NCBI GenBank assembly: GCA_964016885.1 | Contig: OZ024741.1 | Coordinates: 10,416,001-10,480,000, forward strand | DNA: 64,000 bases | Origin: Eledone cirrhosa | Lineage: Eukaryota | Direction: 5' to 3' | Part shown: piece by piece, positions 25,001 through 37,500 of the stretch | Layout: each line of letters begins with the position of its first letter | How positions within the stretch are numbered: the first letter of the stretch is position 1 | The notes under the pieces: model-generated | What the model saw: only the letters and a program-made list of their open reading frames with translations | The model's database searches: none | Told to the model about the DNA's origin: nothing | Made by a program: the position numbers and the translations under genes

Positions 25001-28000
25001 TGGTGGTGGTGGCGATAGTGGTGGAGTTGGTGGTGTTGGTGTCGTTGGTGGCGGTGGTGACAGTGGTGGAGGTGGTGGTGTTGGTGTTGTTGGTGGTGGA
25101 GGTGATATTTGTGGAGGTGGTGGTGTTGGTGTTGTTGGTGGTGGTGGTGATATTGGTGGAGGGGGTAGTGTTGGTGTCGTTGGTGTTGGTGGTGATACTG
25201 GTGGAGGTGGTGGGGTTGGTGTTGTTGGTGGTGGTGGTGATAGGGGTGGAGGTGGTGGTGTTGGTGTCGTTGGTGGTGGTGGTGATAGTGGTGGAGGTGA
25301 TAGTGGTGGAGGGGGTAGTGTTGGTGTTGTTGGTTTTTGGTGGTGATAGTGGTGAAGGTGGTGGTGTTGGTGTTGTTGGTGATGGTGGTGATAGTGGTGG
25401 AGGGGGTGGTGTTGGTGTTGTTGGTGGTGGTGGTGATAGTGGTGGAGGTGGTGGTGTTGGTGTTGTTGGTGGTGGTGGTGATAGTGGTGGAGGTGGAGGT
25501 GTTGGTGTTGTTGGTGGTGGTGGTGATAGTGGTGGAGTGGTGGTGTTTGTGTCGTTGGTGGTGATAGTGGTGGAGGTGGTGGTGTTGGTGTTGTTGGTGG
25601 TGGTGGTGATAGTGGTGGAGGTCGTTGTGTTGGTGTTGTTGGTGGTGGTGGTGATAGTGGTGGAGTTGATGGTGTTGGTGTTGTTGGTGGTGGTGGTGAT
25701 AGTGGTGGATGGGGTAGTGTTGGTGTTGCTGGTGGTGCTGGTGATAGTGGTGGAGGTGGTGGTGTTGGTGTTGTTGGTGGTGATAGTGGTGCAGGTGGTA
25801 GTGTTGGTGTCGTTGGTGGTGGTGGTGGTGGTGGTGATAGTGGTGGAGGTGGTGGTGTTGGTGTTGTTGGTGGTGGTGGTGGTGGTGTTGGTGTTGTTGG
25901 TGGTGGTGTTGATAGTGGTGGAGGTGGTGGTGTTGGTGTTGTTGGTGGTGGTGGTGATAGTGGTGGAGGTCGTTGTGTTGGTGTTGTTGGTGGTGGTGGT
26001 GATAGTGGTGGAGTTGATGTTGTTGGTGTTGTTGGTGGTGGTGGTGATAGTGGTGGAGGGGGTAGTGTTGGTGTTGGTGGTGGTGGTGATAGTGGTGGAG
26101 ATGGAGGTGTTGGTGTTGTTGGTGGTGATAGTGGTGCAGGTGGATTGTGTTGGTGTCGTTGGTGGTGGTGGTGGTGGTGGTGATAGTGGTGGAGGTGGTG
26201 GTGTTGGTGTTGTTGGTGGTGGTGGTGATAGTGGTGGAGGTGTTGGTGTTGGTGTTGTTGGTGGTGGTGGTGGTGATAGTGGTGGAGGTGGTGGTGTTGG
26301 TGTTTTTGGTGGTGGTGGTGATAGTGGTGGAGGGGGTAGTGTTGGTGTAGTTGGTGGTGGTGGTGATAGTGGTGGAGGTGGTGGTGTTGGTGTCGTTGGT
26401 GGTGGTGGTGATAGTGGTGGAGGTGGTGGTGTTGGTGTTGTTGGTGGTGGTGTTGATAGTGGTGGAGGTGGTGGTGTTGGTGTTGTTGGTGGTGGTGGTA
26501 ATAGTGGTGGAGGGGGTAGTGTTGGTGTTGGTGGTGGTGGTGATAGTGGTGGAGGTGGAGGTGTTGGTGTTGTTGGTGGTGATAGTGGTGGAGGTGGATT
26601 GTGTTGGTGTCGTTGGTGGTGGTGGTGATAGTGGTGGTGGTGGTGGTGTTGGTGTCGTTGGTGGTGGTGGTGATAGTGGTGGAGGTGGTGATGTTGGTGT
26701 TGTTGGTGGTGGTGGTGGTGGTGTTGGAGTTATTGGTGGTGGAGGTGATAGTGGTGAAGGTGGTGGTGTTGGTGTTGTTGGTGGTGGTGGTGATAGTGGT
26801 GGAGTTGGTGGTGTTGGTGTTGTTGGTGGTGATAGTGGTGGAGGTGGTAGTGTTGGTGTCGTTGGTGGTGGTGGTGATAGTGGTGGAGGTGGTCGTGTTG
26901 GTGTCGTTGGTGGTGGTGGTGATAGTGGTGGAGGTGGTGGTGTTGGTGTTGTTAGTGGTGATAGTGGTGGAGGTGGTAGTGTTGGTGTCGTTGGTGGTGG
27001 TGGTGATAGTGGTGGAGGTGGTGGTGTTGGTGTTGTTGGTGGTGATAGTGGTGGAGGTGGTAGTGTTGGTGTCGTTGGTGGTGGTGGCGATAGTGGAGGA
27101 GGTGGTGGTGTTGGTGTCGTTGGTGGTGGTGGTGACAGTGGTGGAGTTGGTGGTGTTGGTGTTGTTAGTGGTGATAGTGGTGGAGGTGGTAGTGTTGGTG
27201 TCGTTGGTGGTGGTGGCGATAGTGGTGGAGTTGGTGGTGGTGGTGACAGTGGTGGAGGTGGTGGTGTTGGTGTTGTTGGTGGTGCAGGTGATAGTGGTGG
27301 AGGTGGTGGTGTTGGTGTTGTTGGTGGTGGAGGTGATATTTGTGGAGGTGGTGGTGTTGGTGTTGTTGGTGGTGGTGGTGATATAGGTGGAGGGGGTAGT
27401 GTTGGTGTCGTTGGTGTTGGTGGTGATACTGGTGGAGGTGGTGGGGTTGGTGTTGTTGGTGGTGGTGGTGATAGGGGTGGAGGTGGTGGTGTTGGTGTCG
27501 TTGGTGGTGGTGGTGATAGTGGTGGAGGTGGTGGTGTTGGTGTTGTTGGTGGTGGTGGTGATAGTGGTGGAGGGGGTAGTGTTGGTGTTGTTGGTGGTGG
27601 TGGTGATAGTGGTGGAGGGGGTAGTGTTGGTGTTGTTGGTTTTTGGTGGTGATAGTGGTGAAGGTGGTGGTGTTGGTGTTGTTGGTGATGGTGGTGATAG
27701 TGGTGGAGGGGGTGGTGTTGGTGTTGTTGGTGGTGGTGGTGATAGTGGTGGAGGTGGTGGTGTTGGTGTTGTTGGTGGTGGTGGTGATAGTGCTGGAGCT
27801 GGTGGTGTTGGTGTTGTTGGTGGTGGGGGTGATAGTGGTGGAGGTGGTGGTGTTGGTGTTGTTGGTGGTGGTGCTGATAGTGGTGGAGGTGGTGGTGTTG
27901 GTGTTGTTGGTGGTGGTGGTGATAGGGGTGGAGGTGGTGGTGTTGGTGTTGTTGGTGGTGGTGGTGATAGTGGTGGAGGGGGTAGTGTTGGTGTAGTTGG

Positions 28001-31000
28001 TGGTGGTGGTGATAGTGGTGGAGGTGGTGGTGTTGGTGTCGTTGGTGGTGGTGGTGATAGTGGTGGAGGTGGTGGTGTTGGTGTTGTTGGTGGTGGTGTT
28101 GATAGTGGTGGAGGTGGTGGTGTTGGTGTTGTTGGTGGTGGGGGTAATAGTGGTGGAGGGGGTAGTGTTGGTGTTGGTGGTGGTGGTGATAGTGGTGGAG
28201 GTGGAGGTGTTGGTGTTGTTGGTGGTGATAGTGGTGGAGGTGGATTGTGTTGGTGTCGTTGGTGGTGGTGGTGATAGTGGTGGTGGTGGTGGTGTTGGTG
28301 TCGTTGGTGGTGGTGGTGATAGTGGTGGAGGTGGTGATGTTGGTGTTGTTGGTGGTGGTGGTGGTGGTGTTGGAGTTATTGGTGGTGGAGGTGATAGTGG
28401 TGAAGGTGGTGGTGTTGGTGTTGTTGGTGGTGGTGGTGATAGTGGTGGAGTTGGTGGTGTTGGTGTTGTTGGTGGTGATAGTGGTGGAGGTGGTAGTGTT
28501 GGTGTCGTTGGTGGTGGTGGTGATAGTGGTGGAGGTGGTCGTGTTGGTGTCGTTGGTGGTGGTGGTGATAGTGGTGGAGGTGTTGGTGTTGGTGTTGTTA
28601 GTGGTGATAGTGGTGGAGGTGGTAGTGTTGGTGTCGTTGGTGGTGGTGGTGATAGTGGTGGAGGTGGTGGTGTTGGTGTTGTTGGTGGTGATAGTGGTGG
28701 AGGTGGTAGTGTTGGTGTCGTTGGTGGTGGTGGCGATAGTGGAGGAGGTGGTGGTGTTGGTGTCGTTGGTGGTGGTGGTGACAGTGGTGGAGTTGGTGGT
28801 GTTGGTGTTGTTAGTGGTGATAGTGGTGGAGGTGGTAGTGTTGGTGTCGTTGGTGGTGGTGGCGATAGTGGTGGAGTTGGTGGTGTTGGTGTCGTTGGTG
28901 GCGGTGGTGACAGTGGTGGAGGTGGTGGTGTTGGTGTTGTTGGTGGTGGAGGTGATATTTGTGGAGGTGGTGGTGTTGGTGTTGTTGGTGGTGGTGGTGA
29001 TATTGGTGGAGGGGGTAGTGTTGGTGTCGTTGGTGTTGGTGGTGATACTGGTGGAGGTGGTGGGGTTGGTGTTGTTGGTGGTGGTGGTGATAGGGGTGGA
29101 GGTGGTGGTGTTGGTGTCGTTGGTGGTGGTGGTGATAGTGGTGGAGGTGATAGTGGTGGAGGGGGTAGTGTTGGTGTTGTTGGTTTTTGGTGGTGATAGT
29201 GGTGAAGGTGGTGGTGTTGGTGTTGTTGGTGATGGTGGTGATAGTGGTGGAGGGGGTGGTGTTGGTGTTGTTGGTGGTGGTGGTGATAGTGGTGGAGGTG
29301 GTGGTGTTGGTGTTGTTGGTGGTGGTGGTGATAGTGGTGGAGGTGGAGGTGTTGGTGTTGTTGGTGGTGGTGGTGATAGTGGTGGAGTGGTGGTGTTTGT
29401 GTCGTTGGTGGTGATAGTGGTGGAGGTGGTGGTGTTGGTGTTGTTGGTGGTGGTGGTGATAGTGGTGGAGGTCGTTGTGTTGGTGTTGTTGGTGGTGGTG
29501 GTGATAGTGGTGGAGTTGATGGTGTTGGTGTTGTTGGTGGTGGTGGTGATAGTGGTGGATGGGGTAGTGTTGGTGTCGTTGGTGGTGGTGGTGATAGTGG
29601 TGGAGGTGGTGGTGTTGGTGTTGTTGGTGGTGCTGGTGATAGTGGTGGAGGTGGTGGTGTTGGTGTTGTTGGTGGTGATAGTGGTGCAGGTGGTAGTGTT
29701 GGTGTCGTTGGTGGTGGTGGTGGTGGTGGTGATAGTGGTGGAGGTGGTGGTGTTGGTGTTGTTGGTGGTGGTGGTGGTGGTGTTGGTGTTGTTGGTGGTG
29801 GTGTTGATAGTGGTGGAGGTGGTGGTGTTGGTGTTGTTGGTGGTGGTGGTGATAGTGGTGGAGGTCGTTGTGTTGGTGTTGTTGGTGGTGGTGGTGATAG
29901 TGGTGGAGTTGATGTTGTTGGTGTTGTTGGTGGTGGTGGTGATAGTGGTGGAGGGGGTAGTGTTGGTGTTGGTGGTGGTGGTGATAGTGGTGGAGATGGA
30001 GGTGTTGGTGTTGTTGGTGGTGATAGTGGTGCAGGTGGATTGTGTTGGTGTCGTTGGTGGTGGTGGTGGTGGTGGTGATAGTGGTGGAGGTGGTGGTGTT
30101 GGTGTTGTTGGTGGTGGTGGTGATAGTGGTGGAGGTGTTGGTGTTGGTGTTGTTGGTGGTGGTGGTGGTGATAGTGGTGGAGGTGGTGGTGTTGGTGTTT
30201 TTGGTGGTGGTGGTGATAGTGGTGGAGGGGGTAGTGTTGGTGTAGTTGGTGGTGGTGGTGATAGTGGTGGAGGTGGTGGTGTTGGTGTCGTTGGTGGTGG
30301 TGGTGATAGTGGTGGAGGTGGTGGTGTTGGTGTTGTTGGTGGTGGTGTTGATAGTGGTGGAGGTGGTGGTGTTGGTGTTGTTGGTGGTGGTGGTAATAGT
30401 GGTGGAGGGGGTAGTGTTGGTGTTGGTGGTGGTGGTGATAGTGGTGGAGGTGGAGGTGTTGGTGTTGTTGGTGGTGATAGTGGTGGAGGTGGATTGTGTT
30501 GGTGTCGTTGGTGGTGGTGGTGATAGTGGTGGTGGTGGTGGTGTTGGTGTCGTTGGTGGTGGTGGTGATAGTGGTGGAGGTGGTGATGTTGGTGTTGTTG
30601 GTGGTGGTGGTGGTGGTGTTGGAGTTATTGGTGGTGGAGGTGATAGTGGTGAAGGTGGTGGTGTTGGTGTTGTTGGTGGTGGTGGTGATAGTGGTGGAGT
30701 TGGTGGTGTTGGTGTTGTTGGTGGTGATAGTGGTGGAGGTGGTAGTGTTGGTGTCGTTGGTGGTGGTGGTGATAGTGGTGGAGGTGGTCGTGTTGGTGTC
30801 GTTGGTGGTGGTGGTGATAGTGGTGGAGGTGGTGGTGTTGGTGTTGTTAGTGGTGATAGTGGTGGAGGTGGTAGTGTTGGTGTCGTTGGTGGTGGTGGTG
30901 ATAGTGGTGGAGGTGGTGGTGTTGGTGTTGTTGGTGGTGATAGTGGTGGAGGTGGTAGTGTTGGTGTCGTTGGTGGTGGTGGCGATAGTGGAGGAGGTGG

Positions 31001-31560
31001 TGGTGTTGGTGTCGTTGGTGGTGGTGGTGACAGTGGTGGAGTTGGTGGTGTTGGTGTTGTTAGTGGTGATAGTGGTGGAGGTGGTAGTGTTGGTGTCGTT
31101 GGTGGTGGTGGCGATAGTGGTGGAGTTGGTGGTGTTGGTGTCGTTGGTGGTGGTGGTGACAGTGGTGGAGGTGGTGGTGTTGGTGTTGTTGGTGGTGCAG
31201 GTGATAGTGGTGGAGGTGGTGGTGTTGGTGTTGTTGGTGGTGGAGGTGATATTTGTGGAGGTGGTGGTGTTGGTGTTGTTGGTGGTGGTGGTGATATAGG
31301 TGGAGGGGGTAGTGTTGGTGTCGTTGGTGTTGGTGGTGATACTGGTGGAGGTGGTGGGGTTGGTGTTGTTGGTGGTGGTGGTGATAGGGGTGGAGGTGGT
31401 GGTGTTGGTGTCGTTGGTGGTGGTGGTGATAGTGGTGGAGGTGGTGGTGTTGGTGTTGTTGGTGGTGGTGGTGATAGTGGTGGAGGGGGTAGTGTTGGTG
31501 TTGTTGGTGGTGGTGGTGATAGTGGTGGAGGGGGTAGTGTTGGTGTTGTTGGTTTTTGGT
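19100..31560. repeat. Cluster of ~2.2-2.4 kb higher-order units (about 5.5 copies, one shortened)
   Basis: Unit starts at 19685, 22012, 24397, 26601, 28247 and 30496 (spacings 2327, 2385, 2204, 1646, 2249). Shared markers are GGAGTTATT, GGAGGAGGT, GAC x2, GATATTTGT and GGTTTTTGG. Confidence 0.9.
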
Positions 31561-34500
31561 GGTGATAGTGGTGAAGGTGGTGGTGTTGGTGTTGTTGGTG
31601 ATGGTGGTGATAGTGGTGGAGGGGGTGGTGTTGGTGTTGTTGGTGGTGGTGGTGATAGTGGTGGAGGTGGTGGTGTTGGTGTTGTTGGTGGTGGTGGTGA
31701 TAGTGCTGGAGCTGGTGGTGTTGGTGTTGTTGGTGGTGGGGGTGATAGTGGTGGAGGTGGTGGTGTTGGTGTTGTTGGTGGTGGTGCTGATAGTGGTGGA
31801 GGTGGTGGTGTTGGTGTTGTTGGTGGTGGTGGTGATAGGGGTGGAGGTGGTGGTGTTGGTGTTGTTGGTGGTGGTGGTGATAGTGGTGGTGGTGGTGTTG
31901 GTGTCGTTGCTGGTGGTGGTGATAGTGGTGGAGGTGGTGGTGTTGGTGTTGTTGGTGGTGGTGGTGATAGTGGTGGTGGTGGTGGTGTTGGTGTTGTTGG
32001 TGGTGGTGGTGGTGGTGTTGGTGTCGTTGGTGGTGGTGGTGTTGATAGTGGTGGAGGTGGTGGTGTTGGTGTCGTTGGTAGTGGTGGTGATAGTGGTGGT
32101 GGTGGTGGTGTTGGTGTCGTTGGTGGCGGTGGTGATAGTGGTGGAGGTGGTGGTGTTGGTGTTGTTGGTGGTGGTGGTGGTGATAGTGGTGGTGGTGTTG
32201 GTGTTGTTGGTGGTGGTGGTGATAGGGATGGAGGTGGTGGTGTTGGCGTTGTTGGTGGTGGTGGTGGTTGTGTTGGTGTCGTTGGTGGTGGTGGTGATAG
32301 TGGTGGAGGTGGTGGTGTTGGTCTCGTTGGTGGCGGTGGTGATAGTGGTGGAGAGGGTAGTGTTGGTGTTGTTGGTGGTGGAGGTGGTGGTGTTTGTGTC
32401 GTTGGTGGTGATAGTGGTGGAGGTGGTGGTGTTGGTGTTGTTGGTGGTGGTGGTGATAGTGGTGGAGGTGGAGGTGTTGGTGTTGTTGGTGGTGGTGGTG
32501 ATAGTGGTGGAGGTGGTGGTGTTGGTGTCGTTGGTTGTGATAGTGGTGGAGGTGGTGGTGTTGGTATTGTTGGTGGTGGTGGTGATAATGGTGGAGGTGG
32601 TGGTGGTGGTGTTGTTGGTGGCGGTGGTGATAGTGGTGGAGATGGTGGTGTTGGTGTTGTTGGGGTGGTGGTTATAGTGGTGGAGGTGGTGATGTTGGTG
32701 TTGTTGGTGGTGGTGGTGGTGGTGCTGGTGCTGGTGTCGTTGGTTGTGATAGTGGTGGAGTTGGTGGTGTTGGTGTTGTTGGTGGTGGAGGTGATAGTGG
32801 TGGAGATGGTGGTGTTGGTGTTGTTGGTGGTGGTGGTGATAGTGGAGTTGTTGATGTTGTTGGTGGTGGTGGTGATAGTGTTGGAGGGGGTAGTGTTGGT
32901 GTTGTTGGTGGTGGTGGTGATAGTGGTGGAGTTGGTGGTGTTGGTGTTGTTGGTGGTGATAGTGGTGGAGAGGGTAGTGTTGGTGTCGTTGGTGGTGGTG
33001 GTGATAGTGGTGGAGTTGGTGGTGTTGGTGTTGTTGGTGGTGATAGTGGTGGAGGTGGTAGTGTTGGTGTCGTTGGTGGTGGTGGTGATAGTGGTGGAGT
33101 TGGTGGTGTTGGTGTTGTTGGTGGTGATAGTGGTGGAGGTGGTAGTGTTGGTGTCGTTGGTGGTGGTGGTGATAGTGGTGGAGTTGGTGTTGTTGGTGTT
33201 GTTGGTGGTGATAGTGGTGGAGGTGGTAGTGTTGGTGTCGTTGGTGGTGGTGGTGATAGTGGTGGAGTTGGTGGTGTTGGTGTTGTTGGTGGTGATAGTG
33301 TTGGAGGTGGTAGTGTTGGTGTCGTTGGTGGTGGTGGTGATAGTGGTGGATTTCGTGGTGTTGGTGTTGTTGGTGGTGATAGTGGTGGAGGTGGTAGTGT
33401 TGGTGTCGTTGGTGGTGGTGGTGATAGTGGTGGAGGTGGTGGTGTTGGTGTCGTTGGTGGTGGTGGTGATAGTGGTGGAGGTGGTGGTGTTGGTGTTGTT
33501 GGTGGTGGAGGTGATAGTGGTGGAGGTGCTGGTGTTGGTGTTGTTAGTGGTGATTATGGTGGAGGTGGTAGTGTTGGTGTCGCTGGTGGTGGTGGTGATA
33601 GTGGTGGAGGTGGTGGTGTTGGTGTTGTTGGTGGTGATAGTGGTGGAGGTGGTGGTGTTGGTGTTGTTGGTGGTGGTGGTGATAGTGGTGGAGGTGGTGA
33701 TGTTGGTGTTGTTGGTGGTGGTGGTGGTGGTGTTGGTGTCGTTGATTGTGATAGTGGTGGAGGTGGTGGTGTTGGTGTTGTTGGTGGTGGTGGTGATAGT
33801 GGTGGTGGTGGTGTTGGTGTCGTTGATTGTGATAGTGGTGGAGGTGGTGGTGTTGGTGTTGTTGGTGGTGGAGGTGATAGTGGTGGAGGTGGTGGTGTTG
33901 GTGTTGTTGGTGGTGGTGGTGATAGTGGAGTTGTTGATGTTGTTGGTGGTGGTGGTGATAGTGTTGGAGGGGTAGTGTTGGTGTTGTTGGTGGTGGTGGT
34001 GATAGTGTTGGAGATGGTGGTGTTGGTGTTGTTGATGGTGATAGTGGTGGAGGTGGTAGTGTTGGTGTCGTTGGTGGTGGTGGTGATAGTGGTGGAGGTG
34101 GTGGTGTTGGGGTCGTTGGTGGTGGTGGTGATAGTGGTGGAGGTGGTGGTGTTGGTGTTGTTGGTGGTGGAGGTGATAGTGGTGGAGGTGGTGGTGTTGG
34201 TGTTGTTAGTGGTGATAGTGGTGGAGGTGGTAGTGTTGGTGTCGTTGGTGGTGATAGTGGTGGAGGTGGTAGTGTTGGTGTCGTTGGTGGTGGTGGCGAT
34301 AGTGGTGGAGGTGGTGGTGTTGGTGTTGTTGGTGGTGGAGGTGATAGTGGTGGAGGTGGTGGTGTTGGTGTCGTTGGTGTTGGTGGTGATACTGGTGGAG
34401 GTGGTGGTGTTGGTGTTGTTGGTGGTGGTGGTGATAGTGGTGGAGGTGGTGTTGTTGGTGTCGTTGGTGGTGGTGGTGATAGTGGTGGAGGTGGTGGTGT

Positions 34501-37500
34501 TGGTGTTGTTGGTGGTGGAGGTGATAGTGGTGGAGGTGGTGGTGTTGGTGTTGTTGGTGGTGGTGGTGATAGTGGTGGAGGGGGTAGTGTTGGTGTCGTT
34601 GGTGTTGGTGGTGATACTGGTGGAGGTGGTGGTGTTGGTGATGTTGGTGGTGGTGGTGATAGGGGTGGAGGTGGTGGTGTTGGTGTCGTTGGTGGTGGTG
34701 GTGATAGTGGTGGAGGTGGTGGTGTTGGTGTTGTTGGTGGTGGTGGTGATAGTGGTGGAGGGGGTAGTGTTGGTGTTGTTGGTGGTGGTGGTGATAGTGG
34801 TGGAGGGGGTAGTGTTGGTGTTGTTGGTGGTGGTGGTGATAGTGGTGAAGGTGGTGGTGTTGGTGTTGTTGGTGGTGGTGGTGATAGTGCTGGAGGTGGT
34901 GGTGTTGGTGTTGTTGGTGGTGGTGGTGATAGTGCTGGAGGTGGTGGTGTTGGTGTTGTTGGTGGTGGAGGTGATAGTGGTGGAGGTGGTGGTGTTGGTC
35001 TAGTTGGTGGTGGTGGTGATAGTGGTGGAGGTGGTTGTGTTGATGTCGTTGGTGGTGGTGGTGATAGTGGTGGAGGTGGAGGTGTTGGTGTTGTTGGAGG
35101 TGGTGGTGATAGTGGTGGAGGTGGTGGTGTTGGTGTCGTTGGTGGTGATAGTGGCGGAGGTGGTGGTGTAGGTGTCGTTGGTGGTGGTGGTGATAGTGGT
35201 GGAGGGGGTAGTGTTGTTATTGTTGGTGGTGGTGGTGATAGTGGTGGTGGTGGTGGTGTTGGTGGCGTTGCTGGTGGTGGTGATAGTGGTGGTGGTGGTG
35301 GTGGTGTTGGTGTAGTTGGTGGCGGTGGTGATAGTGGTGGAGAGGGTAGTTTTGGTGTTGTTGGTGGTGGAGGTGATAGTGCTGGAGGTGGAGGTGTTGG
35401 TGTTGTTGGTGGTGGTGGTGATAGTGGTGGAGGTGGTGGTGTTTGTGTCATTGGTGGTGATAGTGGTCGAGGTGGTGGTGTTGGTGTTGTTGGTGGTGGT
35501 GGTGATAGTGGTGGAGGTGGATGTGTTGGTGTTGTTGGTGGTGGTGGTGATAGTGGTGGAGGTGGTGGTGTTGGTGTTGTTGGTGGTGGTGGTGATAGTG
35601 GTGGAGGTGGTGGTGTTGGTGTTGTTGGTGGTGGTGGTGATAGTGGTGGAGGTGGTGGTGTTGGTGTCGTTGGTGGTGATAGTGGTGGAGGTGGTGGTGT
35701 TGGTGTTGTTGGTGGTGGTGGTGATAGTGGTGGAGGTGGAGGTGTTGGTGTTGTTGGTGGTGGTGGTGATAGTGGTGGAGGTGGAGGTGTTGGTGTTGTT
35801 GGTGGTGGTGGTGATAGTGGTGGAGGTGGTGGTGTTTGTGTCGTTGGTGGTGATAGTGGTGGAGGTGGTGGTGTTGGTGTTGTTGGTGGTGGTGTTGATA
35901 GTGGTGGAGGTAGTGGTGTTGGTGTTGTTGGTGGTGGTGGTGATAGTGGTGGAGGTCGTTGTGTTGGTGTTGTTGGTGGTGGTGGTGATAGTGGTGGAGG
36001 GGGTAGTGTTGGTGTTGGTGGTGATAGTGGTGGAGGTGGAGGTGTTGGTGTTGTTGGTGTTGATAGTGGTGGAGGTGGTGGTGTTGGTGTTGTTGGTGGT
36101 GGTGGTGATAGTGGTGGAGTTGATGGTGTTGGTGTTGTTGGTGGTGGTGGTGATAGTGGTGGAGGTGGAGGTGTTGGTGTTGTTGGTGGTGGTGGTGGTG
36201 GTGGTGATAGTGGTGGAGGTGGTGGTGTTGGTGTTGTTGGTGGTGGTGGTGATAGTGGTGGAGTTGATGGTGTTGGTGTTGTTGGTGGTGGTGGTGATAG
36301 TGGTGGAGGTGGAGGTGTTGGTGTTGCTGGTGGTGGTGGTGGTGGTGGTGGTGATAGTGGTGGAGTTGATGGTGTTGGTGTTGTTGGTGGTGGTGGTGAT
36401 AGCGGTGGAGGTGGTGGTGTTGGTGTTGTTGGTGGTGGAGGTGATAGTGGTGGAGGTGGTGGTGTTGGTGTTGTTAGTGGTGATAGTGGTGGAGGTGGTA
36501 GTGTTGGTGTCGTTGGTGGTGGTGGTGATAGTGGTGGAGGTGGTGGTGTTGGTGTTGTTGGTGGTGATAGTGGTGGAGGTGGTAGTGTTGGTGTCGTTGG
36601 TGGTGGTGGCGATAGTGGTGGAGGTGGTGGTATTGGTGTCGTTGGTGTTGGTGGTGATAGTGGTGGAGGTGGTGGTGTTGGTGTTGTTGGTGGTGAAGGT
36701 GATAGTGGTGGAGGTGGTGGTGTTGGTGTCGTTGGTGTTGGTAGTGATACTGGTGGAGGTGGTGGTGTTGGTGTTGTTGGTGGTGGTGGTGATAGTGGTG
36801 GAGGTGGTGGTGTTGGTGTTGTTGGTGGTGGTGGTGATTGTGGTGGAGGTGGAGGTGTTGGTGTTGTTGGTGGTGGTGGTGGTGGAGTTGATGGTGTTGG
36901 TGTTGTTGGTGGTGGTGGTGATAGTGGTGGAGGTGGAGGTGTTGGTGTTGCTGGTGGTGGTGGTGGTGGTGGTGATAGTGGTGGAGTTGATGGTGTTGGT
37001 GTTGTTGGTGGTGGTGGTGATAGTGGTGGAGGTGGTGGTGTTGGTGTTGTTGGTGGTGGTGGTGATAGTGGTGGAGGTGGTGGTGTAGGTGTTGTTGGTG
37101 GTGGAGGTGATAGTGGTGGAGGTGGTGGTGTTGGTGTCGTTGGTGGTGGTGGTGGTGGTGGTGATAGTGGTGGAGGTGGTGGTGTTGGTGTTGTTGGTGG
37201 TGGTGGTGACAGTGGTGGTGGTGGTAGCGTTGGTGTTGTTGGTGGTGGTGGTGATAGTGGTGGAGGTGGAGGTGTTGGTGTTGTTGGTGGTGGTGGTGAT
37301 AGTGGCGGAGGTGGTGGTGTTGGTGTTGTTGGTGGTGGTGGTGATAGTGGTGGAGGTGGAGGTGTTGGTGTTGTTGGTGGTGGTGGTGGTGGTGGTGATA
37401 GTGGTGGAGGTGGTGGTGTTGGTGTTGTTGGTGGTGGTGGTGATAGTGGTGGAGTTGATGGTGTTGGTGTTGTTGGTGGTGGTGGTGATAGTGGTGGAGG

